IMG/VR virus record: IMGVR_UViG_3300005617_000005 | Location: 13,875-77,874 of that record | From: a virus | Length of the DNA: 64,000 nt | Strand: one strand, 5' to 3' | Shown here: in pieces, positions 41,640 to 51,016 of the stretch | How positions within the stretch are numbered: position 1 is the stretch's first letter | Layout: each line of letters starts with the position of its first letter | Notes under the pieces: generated by a model | Told to the model about the DNA's origin: nothing | The model's database searches: none | What the model saw: the letters and a program-made list of their open reading frames with translations, nothing else | Made by a program: the position numbers and the translations under genes

Positions 41640-42591
41640 CGCATCCTCGCGCGTTGCAGCTTTCGCTTGAGCACCCGGACGCGCTCGTTCAAGCGCTCGT
41701 TCTCTTCCTTCAACCGAATCACTTCGTAGCCGGCGGCGGCGAAGCCGGCGGTGTTGATTCCTTGCACGACGCGCTCAATCGGCGCCGCCTTCCAGAACGA
41801 GACGACCTTTTCCTTCAGGCTGACCTCGGGCGCGTCGAGCAGCTTGTGCTGATGAATGAACAGGATCGCCTTGTGCGCGAACGAGCGCGCTTCCTCTTTC
41901 GTCACGCCGGGATCGACAGCTTGTGCGACAAGTTTGATTGCGGTCTCGCGAGGATCACTCATGTGCCACCGTAGAATTTGAGAAGACGGCCGCAGCGATG
42001 ACACACGCTCCACGCCCGGATGGGCTCGTTGCGCGAGATCATGCCACGGAAAAACTGCCCGAAGTGGAGATAGCTCTTGTGGCCGATGAGGAAGCAAACG
42101 AAACGGCGAAGTCTCATTGGGCCATCACCAATAGTTGGCGCTCGAGCTGATCGATCACGCCGTCACGAATGTCGAGACAGATCACGCACGCGCACGCCCC
42201 GAAGCAATGTGGGCACTTCACGGCTGGTCTCGCGGCGTGATTGCGCCGGATGTTCTTCAGATTCCGGATCCGTTGGATCGTTTCCATCAGAGTCATCGAA
42301 GCGTCTCCCAAAGTTTGCCCACTCGCGAAGTGACGTGCACCTCTTCGTGCTCGTCGAAGTCGACGAGAACCCCGAAAACGGGATCGAAGTGATTGTCGAC
42401 GATCTCGCGCGCGGCGTCGATAACCGCCGGCCCTTTCGACATGAACTCGATGAACTCGTCGACGAGCGCGTTCGGCACGTAGAGACATTGCTGCGCGCCG
42501 GGATCATCTTCCGTATCGAAGATGATGCGGACCTGCGTCCACGTGTGCGTGCGGCCCTTGCGCTCGCCGAGCTTCTCGATCGCCCTGAACT

Positions 42592-42768
42592 TCAAGGCTT
42601 CACCAGGTGCGGCGCGCCGTAACGACGCACGATGTCGTGGTCGTGATCCAACTTCACCAACATGCGAATCGCGTTCGCCACGCTGAGGCCATGTTTCTCG
42701 GCAACGGCCTCGAAGCGCGCGAGTTCCTCCTCGTTGACGCGAATGTTGATCTGTTTCACTCGACTCAT
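42592..42768 (-). CDS. CopG/ribbon-helix-helix regulator
   Basis: KQINIRVNEEELARFEAVAEKHGLSVANAIRMLV. Confidence 0.75.
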   Translation of the reverse strand: MSRVKQINIRVNEEELARFEAVAEKHGLSVANAIRMLVKLDHDHDIVRRYGAPHLVKP

Positions 42769-44027
42769 CTGTCTCTCACCGCGATGAGCTCGTCGTAGGT
42801 GACGGTGTCGATCACGCCCTCTTTCTCTAGCTCCGCGATGCGCTTCGCGCCCTTCACGGGCCCGTACTTTCGCGTGACGCTCGCCATCGAGAGGTTGCGG
42901 CGGGTCTTCGGGCGCAAAATGACCAACTCGCCGTCCGGTCGCTGCGCCGGCCCATGCGCGCGCACCCACGGTCGGATGATGGTCTCCTTGTACTGTCTCG
43001 CCCACGCCTCGAATCGAACGAGGGTCTCGTGCGCCGCGCCGATGCGCTTGCCGGTCATCGCCGAGCCCTTCATGTCGAACTTCTCGATCGCCGATGTGTA
43101 GATTGGGCACACGGCGAACGCCGGACACGCGGCGCCGGCCTTGTAGCACCACGGACCCGGCCGAAGAGCACCCGTCCCGATGCCACGCCACGCGCGCCGG
43201 ATGGCATTCGCGTGATCCGACAGCTCACCGCGCTCGAACTCCTCGGTGTAGAGATGCGGCGCGCCCTCGCGCGGCGCGTGAAAGATGCCGCCGACGACAC
43301 GCTTCGCACCCGTGCGCTTGGCGGCGACCATCATGAGCGACCGAAGCTGCGCCGAGTGCTTCGGCAAGTCGCAGTTCTCACCAGTCTTGTTGTCGATCAC
43401 GATGAGATCGGGCGCGTCCTTCTTCGTGTTGATGTCGTCGATCGCGATGTCCGACGTGCCGGGAAATTCGTCGGGGCTCTTCAGACCCTTGTAGACGTGG
43501 CGGTTCCCGTCGAGGAGCACCGGGCGTTTCGACGGCCTCGCCTTCTTGCTCGTGACGTTCCAGATGTACGACTGCTCAACGTGAAGCTTGCTGCGCTTCG
43601 TGAAGTCGACCTTCCACACGTTGTCGCCACGCAGCCACTCGCGAAGGTATTCATCCGCGAGCCGCGAGTGACGTTTCAGCTCCCTCGAGTCGAGCTGAAA
43701 ATCCTTCGTGCTCCAATTCTTGGCGGTCCTTCGAGCCGAGAACGGACGACCCGCGAGTCGCGCCGCGATCAACTCGTGGAACGCCGAGCCGTACGCTGCG
43801 GGCTCCTCTTGCGTTTCGACCGGGAGACGCCGGCGGGCCCACCACTGACAGTTCAAGACGAGCTCGCTCTTGCTCATCGACGGATCGACCTCGACGAGTT
43901 CGATCTCTCCCGGCTGCTCGTCGTCACCCTTTGATACGGCTCGATACGTATCGAGTCGGGGCTTCTTTTTCTTCTCCTCTTTGACGAGCTTGCCTGTCGC
44001 CGGATCGCGCTTCCAAAGCGTGCTCAC
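42765..44027 (-). CDS. PD-(D/E)XK (Cas4/RecB-like) exonuclease
   Basis: YGSAFHE, VEQ, GTSD, IDNKTG, QL, C..CP.F.VCP; GTG start with GGGAG RBS. Confidence 0.8.
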   Translation of the reverse strand: MSTLWKRDPATGKLVKEEKKKKPRLDTYRAVSKGDDEQPGEIELVEVDPSMSKSELVLNCQWWARRRLPVETQEEPAAYGSAFHELIAARLAGRPFSARRTAKNWSTKDFQLDSRELKRHSRLADEYLREWLRGDNVWKVDFTKRSKLHVEQSYIWNVTSKKARPSKRPVLLDGNRHVYKGLKSPDEFPGTSDIAIDDINTKKDAPDLIVIDNKTGENCDLPKHSAQLRSLMMVAAKRTGAKRVVGGIFHAPREGAPHLYTEEFERGELSDHANAIRRAWRGIGTGALRPGPWCYKAGAACPAFAVCPIYTSAIEKFDMKGSAMTGKRIGAAHETLVRFEAWARQYKETIIRPWVRAHGPAQRPDGELVILRPKTRRNLSMASVTRKYGPVKGAKRIAELEKEGVIDTVTYDELIAVRDR

Positions 44028-44373
44028 AAGAAGTTCTCCCATCCGCATCCGGCGAGAGCGATCGTCAAGCGCTGCCCCTCCGCGTCCATGTGCTTGAACC
44101 TGTCGGTGTCGTGAGCGAGCTCCGCCTTCGCTTTCGCGATCGCGGTTCGGTTCGACGGATCATCGACCACGCCGGCGAGCACCGTCCGAAGCGTCAAGAT
44201 GCGCTTCTCCTGGTTTGCGGCCCTTCCCCACGTCGTCGCGACGTAATCGACAGCACGATCTATCTCGTGGCCACGGCCATCGCCGAAGTCTTTTTCGAGA
44301 AGCTCGTCGACAGCTTTTCGCAATCGCAGAAGCGACTCTCGTTGTTCCTTGTCCATGTCATCCCCTACTTTCG

Positions 44374-44556
44374 TCACGTCTTGTCGTGCATTCGCCCACA
44401 CTCTTTGCAGATCTTGCGGTCGAGAACTTCGCGCGCTTCCTTGACTGCGGCCTCCTCGACGAACGCAGAGAACGTCACGTCCTTCTTGTTCGCCGCAGTC
44501 GTCACGATGCGCGCGCTCTCTTTCGAGAATTTGATCGAGTGCGATCGTTTCGGCAT
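44374..44556 (-). CDS. RHH-type (DUF1778-like) regulator with CxxC tail
   Basis: SIKFSKE...IV.TAA......S.FV.EAAV.EAREVL; divergent from the D5 helicase gene. Confidence 0.55.
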   Translation of the reverse strand: MPKRSHSIKFSKESARIVTTAANKKDVTFSAFVEEAAVKEAREVLDRKICKECGRMHDKT

Positions 44557-44611
44557 TGACGTACCGACCACAGTAATGACAGGGTAATGCCTTCGTCAAC
44601 TGAAAACGGGG

Positions 44612-46306
44612 ATGAAGAAAAAGAAACGCAGGGAACGATCCCGTCGCGAACGCGCTGACACGGCTGACGCGACAGATCGCGTGACGTTCAACCTCACGGA
44701 GATGAGGAACGCCGAACGTCTGCTCGAATTCCGTGGCGATGATCTCCGCTACGTCGGCCCGTGGAAGATGTGGCTCACGTGGGACGGGCGACGCTGGAAA
44801 CTCGACGAGGATGGGGGCGCGCTCCGCTACGCAAAGGAAAACGCGCAGGTCATGGCAGCCGAAGCCGACGTCGCGGTGAAGAACGCGCAATCGACCGTCG
44901 ACGAGGAGATCGAAGAGGACGCCGAATCGATCGCGAGCGAAGAGAAGAAGCGCGGTCGACCGCGAAAGCCGAAGGCGTCGACCGAAGCGCTCGGAATGCT
45001 CAAGGGCGCGTCCGCCTACAAGAAGTGGTGCGAGCAGAGCCAGAACTTCCGGAACCTCCAGAGCACGCTCTCCGTTGCGGCGTGCGACAAATCGGTCGCG
45101 CTCGTTCACGACCAACTCGACACGCACCACTTTCTCTTCAACGTCGAGAACTGGACGATCAACCTGAAGACCGGCAAGAAGCAGCCGCAGTCGCGCGACG
45201 ATCTCATCACGAAGGTCGCTGCCGTCGAGTTCCACTCGAAAGCGAAGTGCCCGCTCTGGGACAGGTTCGTGCGCGAGGCAATGGGCGGCGACATGGAGCT
45301 CGTCGGGTACCTGAAACGCTTCGTGGGCTACTCACTGACGGGCTCGACGGAGGAGCAAGCGCTCGTCTTCTTCTGGGGCTCGGGCAACAACGGCAAGAGC
45401 ACGTTCCTCACGACGCTCTACAAAATCTTCGGCGACTACGCCCTACGCGCCGCGCGCGGCATGCTCTTTCGCTCGAAGCACGGCGGCGAGCGCCATCCGA
45501 CGACGCTCGTCAGCCTCCACGGCAAGCGCTTCGTGACGTGCAGTGAGATCGACGAGAACCAGGAGCTCGACGAGGGCCTCACGAAAGATCTCACCGGCAG
45601 CGATCCCATCAACGCGCGCCGCATGCGCGAAGACGAGTGGGTGTTCTTGCCGACGCACAAACTCTTTCTCGCCGGCAACCACAAGCCGCGCATCACGGGC
45701 ACCGACAAAGGGATCTGGCGCCGAAACAATCTCGTCCCGTGGACCGTCGCGGTCGCGAAGGACAAGGTGAACAAGAAGCTCGGCGACGAGCTGCTCGAAG
45801 AGGCCAGCGGCATCCTCAACTGGTGCATCGAGGGCTGCATGGAATGGCAAGAGCGCGGACTTGATCCGCCCGAGGCCGTCATCGAAGCGACGAAGGAGTA
45901 CCGCAAAGAGCAGGACGTCCTCGGTCAGTTCTTCGACGAGCGACTCGTGTTCGAGGAGAACGCACTGGCGGCTCGAGCCGACCTGCGAAAGATCTACGAG
46001 GACTGGTGCGAGGAGTTTGGCTACTTGCCCGTCGGCGCGCGGAAGTTCGCGCAGGCGCTCCGCGAGCTGAGCGTCGTTGATGGCTACGTGTGGGATCCGA
46101 ACAAGGCCCAATCCGTCGACGGCTGGCGCGGCGTGCGCATCGCGACGAAGGCCGATCGCGCCAAGAAGGAGCTCGAGCGGCGCGGAAAACAGATGTCGAA
46201 GAAGGAACGGCGCGCGTTCAAGACGATGGTGAAGAAGGCGAATAAAGGAGCAGTGAAGCTTCGGATCGTCCGGAACGACGAAACGAAGTCCCGAGGAGAT
46301 CGCTAA
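44612..46306 (+). CDS. P4/D5-family primase-associated SF3 helicase
   Basis: D5-N (W..WDG.RW), GSGNNGKST, KDLTGSD.I.AR, NHKP, GIWRR. Confidence 0.93.
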   Translation: MKKKKRRERSRRERADTADATDRVTFNLTEMRNAERLLEFRGDDLRYVGPWKMWLTWDGRRWKLDEDGGALRYAKENAQVMAAEADVAVKNAQSTVDEEIEEDAESIASEEKKRGRPRKPKASTEALGMLKGASAYKKWCEQSQNFRNLQSTLSVAACDKSVALVHDQLDTHHFLFNVENWTINLKTGKKQPQSRDDLITKVAAVEFHSKAKCPLWDRFVREAMGGDMELVGYLKRFVGYSLTGSTEEQALVFFWGSGNNGKSTFLTTLYKIFGDYALRAARGMLFRSKHGGERHPTTLVSLHGKRFVTCSEIDENQELDEGLTKDLTGSDPINARRMREDEWVFLPTHKLFLAGNHKPRITGTDKGIWRRNNLVPWTVAVAKDKVNKKLGDELLEEASGILNWCIEGCMEWQERGLDPPEAVIEATKEYRKEQDVLGQFFDERLVFEENALAARADLRKIYEDWCEEFGYLPVGARKFAQALRELSVVDGYVWDPNKAQSVDGWRGVRIATKADRAKKELERRGKQMSKKERRAFKTMVKKANKGAVKLRIVRNDETKSRGDR

Positions 46307-46503
46307 ATTACCGATGTTTTTGGGGTGCCTCGGGACTTCAGAGGGTTTTCTGGGTTAGCACGCACACGAAACCAAAATAAATACCGATGCAGAATGCACA
46401 CATGAATATTTCTCGTTTCTACAGAGCTGATATGCGGATCAAGTCCCGATGTCCCGAGACCCCTCAAAAACACCGAGAATTTGACGATCTCCTCGGGACT
46501 TCG
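46284..46503. repeat. Putative replication origin: about 56-bp imperfect inverted repeats around an AT-rich spacer
   Basis: Arms 46284-46339 and 46448-46503, outer 19 bp identical; five GTCCCGA copies. Confidence 0.7.
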
Positions 46504-46998
46504 ACATGAGCCGAACGCCTCGAAAGGTGCTCGCGCGTTGTAAAAGCCTCGTCGGCGCCCGCGTTCGACTCACGCGCGTCGTGACCACGAAGGGCGGAGA
46601 GTCGTACGAGATCGGCTCGCTTTGGCGCGTTTCTTCGACGTGGCGCGGGCGATTCACACTGATCGGCATCACCGCCAACGGCAGCGATCAAATGAAGAAC
46701 GGCTGCATCGCGCGGTACGTTCGCTGCGTCGGCGAATACTCCTTCGAGCTCGTTTCATGAAGACGCACGTCTTGGCTCCGCACGGCCGGCACTCGGTGTG
46801 CGGCCTTCAGTGGATGCGAATGGGCGATCTCTCGAAGGGGCGCTTTGTTGGAGAGAACGCTGCAACCTGCAACCTCTGTCGTCGCGGTCGACAGGGTCAA
46901 CGCCGAAAAGAGGCGTGTGCTCTTTGCAACGAACCGAGCAGCGCGCATCCGGTCGGCGAGGGCGTGTTCCAGCATGACTTCAAAGCTAAGGAACCCGA

Positions 46999-48114
46999 AT
47001 GAAGCGCGACGCTCTCCGCTACGCCCGCGAACTCGAGTGGCCGATCTTTCCGATCTACGCCCCGCTCGAAGACGGATCCTGCTCCTGCGGCAAGCGTCAC
47101 AAATCCGCCGGCAAGCATCCGCGAACGTGGCGTGGTGTGAAAGCGGCGACGACGAACGTGAAACAGATCAAGAAGTGGTGGCGCTTGTGGCCTGACGCGA
47201 ACATCGGTCTGTCGACGGACAACGGTCTTGTGCTCGACATCGACGGCCCGAAAGGCGAACGCGATCTGCGGCGACTCGAAAAGAAGTACGGCAAGCTCCC
47301 AAAGACCGTCGAGGCTGTCACGCGCAAGGGTCGACATCTGTTCTTCGGCGTTCGCAAACGTGTTCCGTGCGGCACGCACGTGCTCGGCTCTCTACAGATC
47401 GACGCGCGCGGCAAGGGCGGCTACGTGCTCCTCGCGCCGTCGCGGCATGCGAGTGGCTTCTGCTACCGCTGGAAGCGTTCGCCGTTCGATTGCGCTCTGG
47501 CGGATGCTCCACGATGGCTGGAGAAGCGGCTGCGGTGCAATTTCAACAAGCAGACATCGAAGAAGAAGCTCAAGGATCGAAAGGCACTGCGTCTGGGCGC
47601 GTCCGGGGCCAGAGATCAATCACGGTCCGGTGTAGACGCCCGCAACGTGCTCGCGCTGATGCGACAGGGCGCGAGCGACGACGAGGCGCGCGACATGCTG
47701 CTCAAGTCGTCGAGCAAAGCGCGTGAGGAGGGCGATCGCTACATCGATCTCACCATCGAATGGGCTCGCAGCTTCCATCAAGAGGGCTTGGCGCGCGTGC
47801 GTGTGCTCTCTGCGCGGATCGAACGCCTGGGGGCCACTGCGGCGCAGGGCCGACTTGTGCGGATCGTGCTCATCACGACGACGCGCTTCTGGAAGCGCAT
47901 CAAGTTGCAGGTCGTCGTACCGTCGAAATCCTACTGCTCGAAGAAGATCAAAGACACGTTTCGCGCGGTCGTCGGCAAGCGCGCAAAGCCCCGTGAATTG
48001 CGGCGCTTTGCGCACGGCCGCGACGTTCTATTTTTGTTCCCTACAGAGCTGCGTTTCGACGTTGCGCGCGATCGTTTCGGCAATGTGCGCTTTGTGCGCG
48101 CTCTGGCGCAGTGA
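46999..48114 (+). CDS. Bifunctional DNA primase/polymerase (Prim-Pol) domain protein
   Basis: WPIFP...CSCG...GKHP...G...AT...W...P.ANIG...VLDID...GRHLFF...IDARG.GGYV..APS.H. Confidence 0.9.
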   Translation: MKRDALRYARELEWPIFPIYAPLEDGSCSCGKRHKSAGKHPRTWRGVKAATTNVKQIKKWWRLWPDANIGLSTDNGLVLDIDGPKGERDLRRLEKKYGKLPKTVEAVTRKGRHLFFGVRKRVPCGTHVLGSLQIDARGKGGYVLLAPSRHASGFCYRWKRSPFDCALADAPRWLEKRLRCNFNKQTSKKKLKDRKALRLGASGARDQSRSGVDARNVLALMRQGASDDEARDMLLKSSSKAREEGDRYIDLTIEWARSFHQEGLARVRVLSARIERLGATAAQGRLVRIVLITTTRFWKRIKLQVVVPSKSYCSKKIKDTFRAVVGKRAKPRELRRFAHGRDVLFLFPTELRFDVARDRFGNVRFVRALAQ

Positions 48115-48154
48115 TTGCGCCAATCATTGGCGCAGAGACCGAAAACAGAAGCAC

Positions 48155-48184
48155 TTGCACACAGTCAAGATCTTGTTGTACATT
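48155..48184 (+). promoter_or_regulatory. Promoter of putative sRNA
   Basis: TTGCAC-18 nt-TACATT. Confidence 0.6.
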
Positions 48185-48189
48185 TCATC

Positions 48190-48273
48190 CTGTCACGGCG
48201 ACGCCAGTTCTCCTTGGATGGCGAAACCTCGAAACGGCCTGCTCACATCCCCGAGCGGGCCGTTTCCCTTTTT
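48190..48273 (+). ncRNA. Putative small RNA with anti-RBS loops
   Basis: Own promoter; hairpin 1 loop GTTCTCCTTGGA; 14-bp terminator stem with loop ACATCCCC and T-run. Confidence 0.6.
48231..48273 (+). terminator. Intrinsic terminator
   Basis: GAAACGGCCTGCTC/GAGCGGGCCGTTTC, then CCTTTTT. Confidence 0.8.
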
Positions 48274-48275
48274 GG

Positions 48276-48304
48276 TTGCCGACAAGTTCACGCCTGAGTA
48301 TAAC
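48276..48304 (+). promoter_or_regulatory. Promoter of the recombination/replication operon
   Basis: TTGCCG-17 nt-TATAAC. Confidence 0.6.
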
Positions 48305-48368
48305 GGTGGGGCTCGATCGATTTCATTCGTCGATCTAGCGGGGATGACAATGAACAAGGAAAAGGCAC

Positions 48369-49091
48369 ATGGCGCGCGCCGCCAGTGAGCTGAAGCGATC
48401 ACGTTTCATCAAGGTCTTGCTGATGGGACCGCCCAAAATCGGCAAGACGACAATGGCCGTCGCCACGGCCCCGAAGCCCGTTCGGTGCTTTCTCTGCGAA
48501 AGCGACAGCGCGCTCCATAGCGCGCGCCGGTACGTCGGCGACAATTTCACGTTCGAGCGCACGCGCACGCACAAACGGATGCTTAGCGCTCTGCACGAAG
48601 CGCGCACCGACGTGAAAAAGGGGCGGCTCAGGACGATTGTGGTCGATCCGCTGTCGCTTCTCGCGGCGAACATCGAGGAGCACTGCCTGAAAGCTCACAA
48701 CCAGAACACGTACAAGGCGTACCCGATGTACGGCCGGCTGATCCGCCAAGTGATCGAGCAACTTCTTGATCTGAAGTGCCACGTCATCGTCGTGACGCAC
48801 TACATCGAGACTGGCGGCGAGATGCCTGAGGGCACCGCGCACACGGGTGAAGGCATCGTTCCCATGCTCGCCGGCAAGGCGCGCGCGACGGTCTCTGCGC
48901 TCTTCCCGGACGTCGTGTGGATGGACTACTACAAGGGCAAGCGCATCTTGGTCACCGGACCGCAAGGAGCCTGGGGACCCGGCTGCCGAAGCACGAACGG
49001 CACGCGGGTCATCCCCGCGGACATAGAGCTCGATGAGGGCCGCATTGGTGTGCGCGCTCTCATTCGCGAGTTCCGCTCGACGAAAAATTAG
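48369..49091 (+). CDS. AAA_24 / Sak4-like single-strand annealing ATPase
   Basis: GPPKIGKT, TIVVDPLS, HVIVVTH, P.LAGK; adjacent to an SSB-like gene. Confidence 0.8.
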   Translation: MARAASELKRSRFIKVLLMGPPKIGKTTMAVATAPKPVRCFLCESDSALHSARRYVGDNFTFERTRTHKRMLSALHEARTDVKKGRLRTIVVDPLSLLAANIEEHCLKAHNQNTYKAYPMYGRLIRQVIEQLLDLKCHVIVVTHYIETGGEMPEGTAHTGEGIVPMLAGKARATVSALFPDVVWMDYYKGKRILVTGPQGAWGPGCRSTNGTRVIPADIELDEGRIGVRALIREFRSTKN

Positions 49092-49177
49092 CTCGCCTCG
49101 TCAACGAGCAGAAAGACACCGCGGCTGCCTGAAGGGCCGTTGTGATTGCAATCACGTCACGCAAGGAGAATCGAACA

Positions 49178-49888
<711 letters not shown>

Positions 49889-50025
49889 TCGTCACGGGCT
49901 CGAGTGCCGCTTCGGCGGCGCTCGCAGCTCGAACGATGCGCACGTCAACCTGGAGGGCAACGGCCCCTCGAAAGAGGATGTGAATCCTCCGGGTCAATGC
50001 GTGCGCATCGTTCGAGGTGCGAGGG

Positions 50026-50832
50026 ATGAAGAAAGAATCGTGTTTGCCGGCCGTGAAGTGGGCAGGAGGAAAGCGTCGGCTTCTGCCGGAGCTACTCAAG
50101 TACGTGCCGAAGAAAATCGACATGTACGCCGAGCCGTTCGCCGGCGGCGCCGCGCTCTTCTTTCACATCTGGCCTCGATGCAAGCAGGCGATTCTGATCG
50201 ATCAGAACAAAGACCTCGTCGTGTTCTATCGCGTGCTCCGCGACAATCCGAAGGAGCTGATGACGCTGGCGAAGTGCTGGCCAATCAACGACGAGAAGGT
50301 TTTTTACTTCGTTCGAGCGCTCGACGTGAAACGAATGTCGGACGAGCAGCGCGCCGCGCGCTTCCTCTTCCTCAACAAGACTTGCTACAACGGGCTCTGG
50401 CGCGTGAACGGGAAGGGCAAATTCAACGTGCCGTTCGGGCGCTACAAGGATCCGCTCGTCGTCGACGAGGAAGCGCTGATGAAGGCGTCGCGCGCGCTAC
50501 AGATCGCGCGCATCATCCATTCGGACTTCACGTCGTGCGAGCGCTACGACCCGGATTTCATCTATTGCGATCCGCCGTACGATCCGGTGAGCACGTCGAG
50601 CGACTTCACGCGCTACGCAAAGGGCGACTTCACATGGAAGGACCAGAAGCGACTCGCCGAGTGGGCATCGATTCGCATGGCATTGAAGAATCGCGTCATG
50701 CTCTCGAACGCCAGCACGCCGCGTGTGCGCAAGCTGTATCGGGATTGGAGCATCGATACAATCAAGGCTGCGCGCTCGATCAACGCGAAGGGCGACGGGC
50801 GAGGCAAAGTGAAGGAGCTGATCATCACATGA
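50026..50832 (+). CDS. dam: Dam-family (D12) DNA adenine methyltransferase
   Basis: KWAGGK, EPFAGG, NKTCYNGL.RVN..G.FNVPFG, DPPY. Confidence 0.93.
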   Translation: MKKESCLPAVKWAGGKRRLLPELLKYVPKKIDMYAEPFAGGAALFFHIWPRCKQAILIDQNKDLVVFYRVLRDNPKELMTLAKCWPINDEKVFYFVRALDVKRMSDEQRAARFLFLNKTCYNGLWRVNGKGKFNVPFGRYKDPLVVDEEALMKASRALQIARIIHSDFTSCERYDPDFIYCDPPYDPVSTSSDFTRYAKGDFTWKDQKRLAEWASIRMALKNRVMLSNASTPRVRKLYRDWSIDTIKAARSINAKGDGRGKVKELIIT

Positions 50833-51016
50833 AGCTGGTCTGTCACTACTGCGCGCAGAAAGGCGTCGAGCGCGGGGCGTACATCACGTTTCACGATTCG
50901 CGTGGTTGCCTGCACGTATGCGGCGAGCACGCGAGTTGGCGGCTCACGACGTCAACGACAGGAATCGACGGCGCACACCACTCGCGCGACTGTCCGTTTC
51001 ATGGTGAGAAAAAGGA

